Below are positions 8,116 through 16,443 of a stretch of DNA of 64,000 bases, in pieces (the stretch's first letter is position 1; every line of letters starts with the position of its first letter). This stretch comes from Candidatus Poseidoniaceae archaeon (GTDB lineage Archaea; Thermoplasmatota; Poseidoniia; Poseidoniales; Poseidoniaceae), in assembly GCA_943788655.1 (NCBI GenBank), contig CALSRB010000007.1, forward strand, positions 149,774 to 213,773. Direction: 5' to 3'. The position numbers and the translations under genes are program-made. The notes beneath the pieces are model-generated. The model was not told where the DNA came from and ran no database searches. It saw nothing but the letters and a program-made list of their open reading frames with translations.

Positions 8116-9828
8116 TTACCTCGATTCCACAGGCGACCATTCAACTCTTGTCGTTGAATCAATCGTGGAATAATCGGATGCGAGCGTTGCCAAACGTCCG
8201 TCAAGGGTGTATTCCCAGCCTTCGCCCGTTTCCCCATCAAAGGACAGGACATAGGTACCGATTCGCGTGGCGTCAGTTTCGATTTCCACGCCGAGTTCTT
8301 CACAGGCAGCGAGCGTCAAATCGAGCGCATTGGTATAGCCTTCGAAACCGCCAGCAGCACGCACCTCACCTCCAATTGTGATCGAGACAATCTGCGTTCC
8401 TCGCCAAGATTCATTCCACGAAGGATCCCATTCTTCGTCATTGGACTGGGGGCCTAACTCATCGATGGTTTGGGACCACTGGATTGCGACTTGATCAATC
8501 ACAAGCAGGCCGATGAGAAGCATGTAGACGCTCAAGAATTTGAGCACCGATGCCCCGTTTCCGCGCAAGAGTTGCACACCTGCACCCCCCAGTGCAAGGT
8601 AGAGAAGGAACACTGTCCCTTGAGCAACCCAGTCGAATGCCGCAATATTTTGCTCAGGGGCTGGTTCCTCAACGTTGGTTGTCGTTGCATGCACATAGAC
8701 AACGCCACCATCGCTTCCAAAGGCCAGTATCTCCCCATTGGTTGCGCTTGATGTGAAGCCAGGTGCTGCTGTGGCATATCCATCCGCACCTGTGGTGACC
8801 ATTTGCACTTGGAGGCGACCATATTCTGTGATGTTGACAAGGCCCCACCCCTGTTCATTGCCGTTGTAAGGGAGCATGTAGTGCCCGTCTTGAACCAATC
8901 CGATTTCCCCATTGGAAAGAAACGGTACTCGGTCCACTTCCTCGCAAATAAGCGAGCAGGAAAACGATCGAATCGCCTCGGAATCAAAGGCCAGTACGAA
9001 AGCACCAGCAGTAACTGGGATGCCCGGAGATGGACCAATTGGTAGGCTTTGAATGGTTGACAAGTTTGCCGAATCGAGAACATACATCGTGCTTGATTGC
9101 TGGCCTTGAAGTTGAACCAAAATTCCCGCCGAGGTGAGAATTGGTGCATGCCGGATTTTTCCATCCCCTAAGTCCACAGATCGCGTTGTCCCGTTCGTTG
9201 AAACGCCCCACAGTACACCTGATTCATCGCCCAAGAAGTATTCCTCATCGCCTACGACCACTCCATTTCGCCAACCAAGTCCAGTGGTGGCTTCCATGGT
9301 CATCGAACCATCCGAAGCACACAGGGACACGAGACCGGTACGTGTTGGCACGACAATCTGATCCTCGTCAACAGCCATCACCCCAGTTACGCCCCAGGTC
9401 ACCTGCTCTGTTTCGTAGGACCATAGGAGGGTTCCGTCGTTTGGTGAACGTGCTTCAACACTGCCATCAGACCAGCCGATCATCATCATTTCAGGCCAAG
9501 CGCCACACGAGCCGTTGCCTGCCGTGACGTGCAACAGCGGTGCCATGTCGTGATGGGTAGAATGTGCATTGGACTCACTCCACACCAACTTGCCTTCGAG
9601 GGTAAAGGAGGCAACTGTAGGGGCCGAACTTCCACCCCAAGAAGCAGAGGTGCGAACGAACAATCGTTCGCCTGCAAAAAGAGGTGCTGTGGTGATGTAT
9701 GCATCGCCAAAATCATGACTCCATTGCAGGGTAAAATCTTCTTGGAAGGAAGAAGATTCTGCTTGAACTGGAAGGGTTGGAAGCAAAAAGAGAACAAGGG
9801 CGCCAACAAGTAGCAGGCGGAATCGCAT
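8116..9828 (-). CDS. secreted PQQ-like beta-propeller protein with two TM helices and a C-terminal transcobalamin-like (DUF4430-like) domain
   Basis: Signal peptide MRFRLLLVGALVLFLLPTLPVQA. There are repeated propeller-like strands (EGKLVWSES, DGTLLWSYE, SGVLWGVS) and two TM segments (GTVFLLYLALGGAGVQLL, FLSVYMLLIGLLVIDQV). The C-terminal approx. 100 aa, ...GTYVLSFDGETGEGWEYTLDGRLATLASDYSTIDSTTRVEW, matches the GW-Y-x-NG...Y...D-x-W pattern of DUF4430. Confidence 0.55.
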   Translation of the reverse strand: MRFRLLLVGALVLFLLPTLPVQAESSSFQEDFTLQWSHDFGDAYITTAPLFAGERLFVRTSASWGGSSAPTVASFTLEGKLVWSESNAHSTHHDMAPLLHVTAGNGSCGAWPEMMMIGWSDGSVEARSPNDGTLLWSYETEQVTWGVTGVMAVDEDQIVVPTRTGLVSLCASDGSMTMEATTGLGWRNGVVVGDEEYFLGDESGVLWGVSTNGTTRSVDLGDGKIRHAPILTSAGILVQLQGQQSSTMYVLDSANLSTIQSLPIGPSPGIPVTAGAFVLAFDSEAIRSFSCSLICEEVDRVPFLSNGEIGLVQDGHYMLPYNGNEQGWGLVNITEYGRLQVQMVTTGADGYATAAPGFTSSATNGEILAFGSDGGVVYVHATTTNVEEPAPEQNIAAFDWVAQGTVFLLYLALGGAGVQLLRGNGASVLKFLSVYMLLIGLLVIDQVAIQWSQTIDELGPQSNDEEWDPSWNESWRGTQIVSITIGGEVRAAGGFEGYTNALDLTLAACEELGVEIETDATRIGTYVLSFDGETGEGWEYTLDGRLATLASDYSTIDSTTRVEWSPVESR

Positions 9829-9833
9829 GGCTC

Positions 9834-11864
9834 TCACTCCATCTTGCTTTGAATGGCTGCTCGTAAAAGAGCACTAACGACCTTTCCGTCCGCCGCGCCC
9901 ACCGTTTGCATGACAACGCCCATCAGAGGGCCCATTGCACCCATACCGCGTTCTTTGACGAAATCTGAGCGTTCTTCGACAATGGTTTGAATGGTTGCAG
10001 CAAGATCGCCCTCATCTGCTGGCTTGTAACCGTTGGCTTCACCATAGGCTGCGATTTGCTCGAGCGTTGGTTGCTGTCCAGCAAACGCTGCAATGATGTC
10101 GTTCATCGATTCTCTTGTGATCTCACCTTGCTCTTTGACCTTGAGAACATTTGCACACAATTCTGGATGCGCTTCATCGTTCTCCAATACCACGCTCGCC
10201 CAACCTTTGTGAGGCATTTCGCCAACATGATCCACGTAGATGTCATCAAGTTCGCGTGCTACGAGTTGCTTTGCTTGGTCTGATGAAACATCGTAGCCAG
10301 CCATACGTTCCTCCCGCTCTTGGTCGCTCATTGGAAGACTCAACATCGTGGATTGCCATCGATCTGAATCAATGACGATTGAAGGGACATCGGTTTCAGG
10401 GTACATCCTCGCACCGCCCGGCAATGGTCGCATTGGAGAAGTTGTTCCATCATCTGGTGCGCCTTTCTTGACGACTACATTACGGACTTCTTGCGGGATC
10501 CTATGCCAAGCCCTTCGAGCGCGCTGAAGAACGCTTTCAAGGGCCAGTTCGGCCTGCCATTGGGGTGCGAGGCAAAGAATGAATCCGTCTTTGGGAGTTA
10601 ATGAAAGTGCGCTACGAACATCATCGACGTGCTCTTGTTCGATGCCGTAAGCTGGAAGTTCGTCTGAATGAAAAACGCCCTTGACACCGGCGAGTTTGGC
10701 AGCGCCGGCAAGTTCTCGACCAAGTCGTGGCAGTTGAGCGCCCTCCTTGTCAAGTTCCTTGATGCCAATCTTGCCATTGAGGCCCGCCAATGGCAGCCCA
10801 AGCATAACATGACCTTTCGAACGACCGCCTTTGACCATTTTCGACTCGCATGAATCGAAAGAAGGTGAAACATCAACGAGTCTGAGTGGTAGATGTTCTG
10901 AAACGGCAGCTGCAATTGAAGATTCCAATTCAGCCTCGTCACTTCGTCGATCTGGTGGGAGTGGGGCGAGGTCAAGCATGCTCCGCAATTCATTCGCCAG
11001 CCGGTAGAAATGCAACTGTCGAGACATTTCCAACCGGATGATGCGAGGAATCCAGTTGAGATCTTGACACCCTTTGATTTCAACTCGGTCACCACAAGCC
11101 AATGACACGTTGAGATCCTGTCGGATGCTACCAAGGCCTCGACGCACCTTTCGGGTTTGCCGCAGCACTCGACCAAGCGCCATTGAGGTGACTTTGGCGT
11201 GTTCTGGCGATGTGACATCGGGTGCTGTTGCGATTTCAATGAGAGGCAATCCCAAGCGGTCGAGGTTGTAGATGACCTGATCACCGTTGGCAGTGGAAAG
11301 GGTGTCTAACTTTCGAGCGCTGTCCTCTTCCAAGCAAAGCACATCGATGCCTACAGGGCCTCCGTCTGTTTGCAACGTCCCGTCTGTAGCGATGAGGGAG
11401 GTTCGTTGGAACCCGCTTGTGTTTGAACCATCGACCACTGTTTTTCTCATGGTTTGAAGCAAGGAAACGGGCTTTGCCTCGAGAAGCGCTGAGACCGTCA
11501 ATGCGATTTGGATGGCGTCTTCATCGTGGTCAAGTGGTGGCTGGTCGTCGAGTTCAATCAGTCCAGCATTGGGGCTTTGAACATAGACGAAGGATCGGTT
11601 TCGGCGAGATTCAAACCGTGCAGCAATGTCGATTGCACCGCCTTCTCCACGAGCAGGACGAAGCTTTCGCTCGAAGCGCTTCCAATCGGATGGAACGGTT
11701 TCAATGGTGATGTCATAGAGAAGTCCTGGTTGACGGGAATGGAGTTTCCCGGTCGCCAATTGCTGGTGCACCTCAATGCCGCACATGAAGCCAAGTTGCT
11801 CAGGAACGAGGGCCGAAGCATCTGCAACTTCACCGACAGGTTCAGTGGTATGAGGTTCGGCCAT
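9834..11864 (-). CDS. gatE: Glu-tRNA(Gln) amidotransferase subunit E
   Basis: CGIEVHQQLATGKLHS, VVDGSNTSGFQRT, LEEDSARK and a C-terminal YqeY-like tail are typical of archaeal GatE. ATG at 11864 (the ORF opens with TTG at 11891). Confidence 0.9.
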   Translation of the reverse strand: MAEPHTTEPVGEVADASALVPEQLGFMCGIEVHQQLATGKLHSRQPGLLYDITIETVPSDWKRFERKLRPARGEGGAIDIAARFESRRNRSFVYVQSPNAGLIELDDQPPLDHDEDAIQIALTVSALLEAKPVSLLQTMRKTVVDGSNTSGFQRTSLIATDGTLQTDGGPVGIDVLCLEEDSARKLDTLSTANGDQVIYNLDRLGLPLIEIATAPDVTSPEHAKVTSMALGRVLRQTRKVRRGLGSIRQDLNVSLACGDRVEIKGCQDLNWIPRIIRLEMSRQLHFYRLANELRSMLDLAPLPPDRRSDEAELESSIAAAVSEHLPLRLVDVSPSFDSCESKMVKGGRSKGHVMLGLPLAGLNGKIGIKELDKEGAQLPRLGRELAGAAKLAGVKGVFHSDELPAYGIEQEHVDDVRSALSLTPKDGFILCLAPQWQAELALESVLQRARRAWHRIPQEVRNVVVKKGAPDDGTTSPMRPLPGGARMYPETDVPSIVIDSDRWQSTMLSLPMSDQEREERMAGYDVSSDQAKQLVARELDDIYVDHVGEMPHKGWASVVLENDEAHPELCANVLKVKEQGEITRESMNDIIAAFAGQQPTLEQIAAYGEANGYKPADEGDLAATIQTIVEERSDFVKERGMGAMGPLMGVVMQTVGAADGKVVSALLRAAIQSKME

Positions 11865-11909
11865 GAGTCCACCCAAGCGTTCATCCTTCAAGATTCAAAC
11901 CCATGAACA

Positions 11910-14042
11910 TCAAGGGATTCCATGGGTGTCATAGCCGCCTGGACGGAACAGACGACCTTCTTGATGGAACTTCTCGAGAATATCTTCTGCTGTGTTTCTG
12001 TCAATCTTGTGGCGTTCAGCTTCGTTGAGCACATCATTGTGTTGAGCAATGCCGTTGTTGTCCACAGCAAGCGTGGACACGATGTTGAACATTGACTTCT
12101 CCCGGTTGCGTGCCGTGCCCTTTTGTCCTGTTTGAAGCGCTGTTTCATCGAAGTTTCCGCCCATGAGATCTTCTCGCCAGAGTCGTGTCAGCCGGATGGC
12201 TCGTTCTGCGTCTTCCAATGTCGCCACTTGTGAGAGGCGAATCCGCGCGCTGGCCTCAGCCAACCGTGCCAATGCTTCGAGGGAACGGGCGGTGATGGCT
12301 ACCGTGTCGGAAAAGTCACCAACTTGCTTACGAGTTTCGACATAGAAATTTACAATTTTCTCGCGCGCCTCGGGAATCATCGATGGATGAATACTTCGTT
12401 TTGCATAGGCCACATACTTTCGAATTAAATCTCGCGAAAGGACTTCGCCATGTGCATCAGATTTCTTGACGCCTGCCTCAGCCGCTGACTTCGATGGATC
12501 TGGTGCTGAGCCTTCATTCACCAGCAATTCACTGACGCCAAGCAATCGAGTGTCGATGATGTGCTTCGCAATCTTTGCATCCTTTTCCATTTCTGGGTCA
12601 TCGGTCAACAACCAAATTACGTCAAATCGAGATACAAGAGGTGGAGCGAGGTTGATTTGTGCCGTGAAAGGTACTTCTGAAACCGGCTCAAAACGACCGC
12701 TTTTGGGGTTCGCTGCAGCGAGAACGGCGCATCGAGTTCGAAGGCTTGCGTTGATACCCGCTTTCGAAATGGAAATTTTCTGTTGTTCCATGGCTTCGTG
12801 CATGCTGGAACGATCACCTTCGTTCATTTTGTCGAATTCGTCAATCGCTGCCAATCCTAGATCGGCAAGAACAAGCGCACCGGCTTCGAGTGTCCAGCGG
12901 CCATCTGCGGCAGCGTCTTGCACCGCTGCTGCCGTGAGACCTGCTGCTGAAGCTGACTGGCCTGAAGTGAACCGTCCACGTGGCGAAATATCGGCCATGT
13001 AGTTGAGAAGTTGCGATTTCGCAACACCGGGGTCCCCCATGAGGAGGATGTGTAGGTCGCCGCGATTTCGGGTTCCATCAGCGTTGAGACGGGCAACACC
13101 GCCAAACAATTGGAGCATAAGCGACCGCTTGACCATCTCCATTCCAAAGATAGAGGGTGCGATGCTGTTGGTGAACACATCGTAGATGTCTGGACGTCGA
13201 GCGAGTTCCTTAATCTCTAATTCTTCATCCTCGGTGATGACGATTTCTTCGAGCGGAATGTTTTGACGTTCAAGGGAATGGATTCGGAGAAAAATATCGA
13301 AAACTGGTGTGTCTTTTCCTCCTTTGCGTTGGGAACGAATGAACAACACACCATTGGCCTTGACGCGGTCACCGGGATTGAGTTTCCCAGCAAGGTCATG
13401 TTCGACAATGCAAAGGATTCGTTCTGGTTGAATTCCACCCTTCATTTGTTCTGGCAATTCTTGCAGTTCAACGAATTGTGAATTGATGAGAATGGAGTCC
13501 TGTTGCTTCAATTCAAACCGAGTTTGACGCTTTGCACGACCGCAACCGCCGTCGATTTGTTGGCATTCAATTGGCTCAATCAATTCTTGTTCGTTCGGCT
13601 GGTTGATGACCATCGTGTGCCCGCAGGCCACACATTCGAAGGTTGCAGCGTAAATCCGTGGACGGACGCCCGTGATTTTAGTCGCAACGGCGTCAATTGC
13701 CAACATATGGCTAATGTCGTCAGCACGCAATTGTGAGACCGTCCGAATCTGATCGCTTGGGAGGTGAACGATGCGAACAAAGGGGTACATGTTGCTGTGT
13801 CCCGCATCGATCAAGAATTGACGAAGGGCTTGGTTTGAGGCGTGAAAGTGGAGTTCTGGATGCTCCACAATGTCATGTGCGAATTCGTGATCGAACCCCT
13901 CAATCACACGGTATGAAACTTCAAGGGATTGTTCGTCAGGCCACATCTGTGCAAGGTTATGCACCGCCTCAGCGAAGTGATCCTGAATGAGGGATGTCCA
14001 GCGAGCGGGAAGGTCAAATTCTTGCAACATTTTGAACACCAT
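11910..14042 (-). CDS. mcm: MCM replicative helicase
   Basis: Zinc motif CVACGH...CQQIDGGCG, Walker A GDPGVAKSQLL, Walker B AAIDEFDKM and arginine finger SRFDVIWLL. There is no intein-sized insertion. ATG at 14042 (TTG at 14084 also possible). Confidence 0.95.
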   Translation of the reverse strand: MVFKMLQEFDLPARWTSLIQDHFAEAVHNLAQMWPDEQSLEVSYRVIEGFDHEFAHDIVEHPELHFHASNQALRQFLIDAGHSNMYPFVRIVHLPSDQIRTVSQLRADDISHMLAIDAVATKITGVRPRIYAATFECVACGHTMVINQPNEQELIEPIECQQIDGGCGRAKRQTRFELKQQDSILINSQFVELQELPEQMKGGIQPERILCIVEHDLAGKLNPGDRVKANGVLFIRSQRKGGKDTPVFDIFLRIHSLERQNIPLEEIVITEDEELEIKELARRPDIYDVFTNSIAPSIFGMEMVKRSLMLQLFGGVARLNADGTRNRGDLHILLMGDPGVAKSQLLNYMADISPRGRFTSGQSASAAGLTAAAVQDAAADGRWTLEAGALVLADLGLAAIDEFDKMNEGDRSSMHEAMEQQKISISKAGINASLRTRCAVLAAANPKSGRFEPVSEVPFTAQINLAPPLVSRFDVIWLLTDDPEMEKDAKIAKHIIDTRLLGVSELLVNEGSAPDPSKSAAEAGVKKSDAHGEVLSRDLIRKYVAYAKRSIHPSMIPEAREKIVNFYVETRKQVGDFSDTVAITARSLEALARLAEASARIRLSQVATLEDAERAIRLTRLWREDLMGGNFDETALQTGQKGTARNREKSMFNIVSTLAVDNNGIAQHNDVLNEAERHKIDRNTAEDILEKFHQEGRLFRPGGYDTHGIP

Positions 14043-14126
14043 AGGACGTTGTTTGCCAACCGAACTTTCATTGTGTAGCGCCAACCGTTTATAGGCGTAT
14101 CTTCAAACACTTGCCACCCCCTCATT

Positions 14127-14186
14127 TCCACTGGAGAGTGTGAGGGTTTGAGTCGCCTCTTTTTGACAAAACTGAGCGTCCACTGG
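14127..14186 (-). promoter_or_regulatory. two direct copies of TCCACTGG (CCAGTGGA on the mcm strand), 52 bp apart, upstream of mcm
   Basis: Copies at 14127-14134 and 14179-14186. On the minus strand the first reads CTCCAGTGGAAAT and the second GGCCAGTGGACGC. They flank the A/T-richer CTCTTTTTGACAAAACTG. Confidence 0.3.
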
Positions 14187-14236
14187 CCGAGCGCCAGAAC
14201 CGCATCATCCATGTGCAACCACCTCAAGGCTCAGCC

Positions 14237-15259
14237 ATGCCCGACCATGCGTTCACCCCGACACTTGGCCTGCTAGACCGGTGGAGTTTCGATTCGCCTT
14301 TGTTGACCAATCGATTGGGAGATCCGACTGTGCGAGAAGTGCTTGTTCACATTCCACCTGAAGGCGTTGAAGCAATGGCTCAAGGCAAACACCTTGGCGT
14401 TGTCATTTACCTCGCTCCCTTCACATCCTCAGGTCCTGCTCGCGCTGGCTGGAAGGCGTTTGCAGAAACGATCCCGCAACGCCATGAGCGGTTGGTTAAG
14501 CAAGGGAAAATGGACCCCGTAATCCTTGTCATGCCCGATACATTCACCAGTCTTGGCGGCAATCAATTCGTCGATTCACCTGTGTTGGGTCAATGGTCTT
14601 CATGGTTGAGTCAAGCGCTCAAGCCCGCTGTGTTTGAACGGTATGCTACCAACGGAAAAGCTGCACTGGTTGGAAAATCTTCAGGCGGCTACGGGGCTGT
14701 TGTCAACGCCATGCTCACACCTGGTTGCTGGGACGCGATTGCATGCCATTCAGGTGATGTCGGCTTTGAGATGATGTTCAAGCCAACCTTTGGAGAAACC
14801 CTGACCCATGTGGCAACTCATGGTGGTGCTGCGGATTACGTCAGCCATGTGGGCGCTGCGCCGAAACTCTCCGGGCCCGACTTTCACACGCTGATGATCT
14901 GTGCAATGGCTGCTTCATACGACCCCAGAGACCCCTCTCCGTCCAATCCACTTGGCATTGAATTGCCAGTCACAGCAAGGACTGGTGAGATCATTCCGGA
15001 TGCATGGGGGCGGTGGTTAGCCTACGACCCATTGGTGATGATCGAGACTCAATCTCAAGGCCTTCGAGAACTAAATGCGATATGGATCGATTGCGGCGAT
15101 CGCGATCAATACAACATCCAGTATGGTTCGAGGCATTTTGTTGATCAACTCACCCAAATGGGCATCGCTCACACATGGGAGGAATTTAGTGGCACACATT
15201 CAGGGATTGACCACCGGTTGGACCTCAGCCTTGCGTTCCTCTCCAACGCTCTCAACTGA
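14237..15259 (+). CDS. alpha/beta-hydrolase, putative esterase family (enterochelin-esterase-like)
   Basis: Nucleophile elbow LVGKSSGGYGA, with downstream acidic/His blocks (DCGDRD, GTHSG) as in the putative esterase family. ATG at 14237 (GTG at 14213 opens the ORF). Confidence 0.7.
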   Translation: MPDHAFTPTLGLLDRWSFDSPLLTNRLGDPTVREVLVHIPPEGVEAMAQGKHLGVVIYLAPFTSSGPARAGWKAFAETIPQRHERLVKQGKMDPVILVMPDTFTSLGGNQFVDSPVLGQWSSWLSQALKPAVFERYATNGKAALVGKSSGGYGAVVNAMLTPGCWDAIACHSGDVGFEMMFKPTFGETLTHVATHGGAADYVSHVGAAPKLSGPDFHTLMICAMAASYDPRDPSPSNPLGIELPVTARTGEIIPDAWGRWLAYDPLVMIETQSQGLRELNAIWIDCGDRDQYNIQYGSRHFVDQLTQMGIAHTWEEFSGTHSGIDHRLDLSLAFLSNALN

Positions 15260-15313
15260 AGAGGCGGAGATTCAAGCCGGATGGTTCTTCAAACGCCTTT
15301 CTTTGGAAAGTTC

Positions 15314-16438
15314 ATGGCCGAACCAATGGATTACGCAAGCGCTGGCGTCGATATCGACCTCGAAGGTTCGGCTGTCGCCTCCCTCATCGCCTCACTGGGG
15401 GGCTCCTCGCGCAAACCCGGCACACCGGGCGCACCCGTGCATCTTCCCGGCGGATTCGGTGGTCTCATCGAATTTGGCGATTCCTTGCTCGCACTTGCTA
15501 CCGATGGTGTTGGCAGCAAATTGCAAATCGCATCAGCGCTCAACCAATGGGGCGGCGTTGGCATTGACTGCATGGCCATGAACGTCAATGACTTGCTGTG
15601 CGTTGGTGCAGAACCAATCGCTTTTGTCGATTATGTCGCTGTTCCGAAGCCCGACCCAGCAACACACGCTGCCCTTGGTGCTTCGTTGGCTGAAGCGTGC
15701 CGACTGGCTCGCGTCACTTTAGCCGGTGGTGAAACAGCCTCGCTCCCTGGAATCGTCACAGAACTTGACCTGTCGGGAACAGCACTTGGCTATGTCAAGA
15801 AAGGCGACACCATCACCGGAGAGAATCTTCGAGCGGATGATGTTTTGATTGGTTTGCCATCTTCAGGCGTCCATTCCAATGGCTACTCATTGGTTCGCAA
15901 AGTGATGGCCCATGTTGGTGCTGAATACACCGACAATGCTCCGTTTGCTGTTGCAAGCGTTGGCCGAACTGTGCTGCGGTTCGATGGCATGGATGACCAA
16001 CCAATCACCCTCGGTGAAGTCTTCCTCAACCCAACCCGAATTTACTGCGACCCTGTTGTCGATTTGCTCCATGCTTGCGCTACCGAAGATGTGGCGTTCT
16101 CAATCAGTGATTTGCATGGCATCTGCCACGTCACTGGTGGGGGATTGTCCAACCTGTTGCGTCTTCATGACAGCCTCGGCTGGCACATTGATTCGCCCCT
16201 CACGCCTCATCCCGAATTCGAATGGTTGCAGTCCGTTGGCGGTATTGAAACCCGTGAGATGTACCGCACCTTCAACATGGGCTGTGGCATGATCCTCGCT
16301 GTGGAAGCGCATCACGCTGAGGCCATCTGTGAGTGGTTAGGCCAACGCATGCAGGGCGTTGCCATCATCGGCGCCGTCAACGACGCAGGCCACAAAGTGA
16401 CCCACGCCATTGAAGGCGTTGAATTCACACACTATTGA
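15314..16438 (+). CDS. purM: phosphoribosylformylglycinamidine cyclo-ligase (AIR synthetase)
   Basis: YASAGVDID, GGFGGL, LATDGVGSKL and GIDCMAMNVNDLLCVGAEP are PurM signatures. Confidence 0.9.
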   Translation: MAEPMDYASAGVDIDLEGSAVASLIASLGGSSRKPGTPGAPVHLPGGFGGLIEFGDSLLALATDGVGSKLQIASALNQWGGVGIDCMAMNVNDLLCVGAEPIAFVDYVAVPKPDPATHAALGASLAEACRLARVTLAGGETASLPGIVTELDLSGTALGYVKKGDTITGENLRADDVLIGLPSSGVHSNGYSLVRKVMAHVGAEYTDNAPFAVASVGRTVLRFDGMDDQPITLGEVFLNPTRIYCDPVVDLLHACATEDVAFSISDLHGICHVTGGGLSNLLRLHDSLGWHIDSPLTPHPEFEWLQSVGGIETREMYRTFNMGCGMILAVEAHHAEAICEWLGQRMQGVAIIGAVNDAGHKVTHAIEGVEFTHY

Positions 16439-16443
16439 TGCAA

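Noticed and set aside
11910-14042. Possible intein or insertion in MCM
   Set aside because: The length (about 710 aa) and uninterrupted Walker A, Walker B and arginine-finger spacing are normal for an intein-free archaeal MCM.
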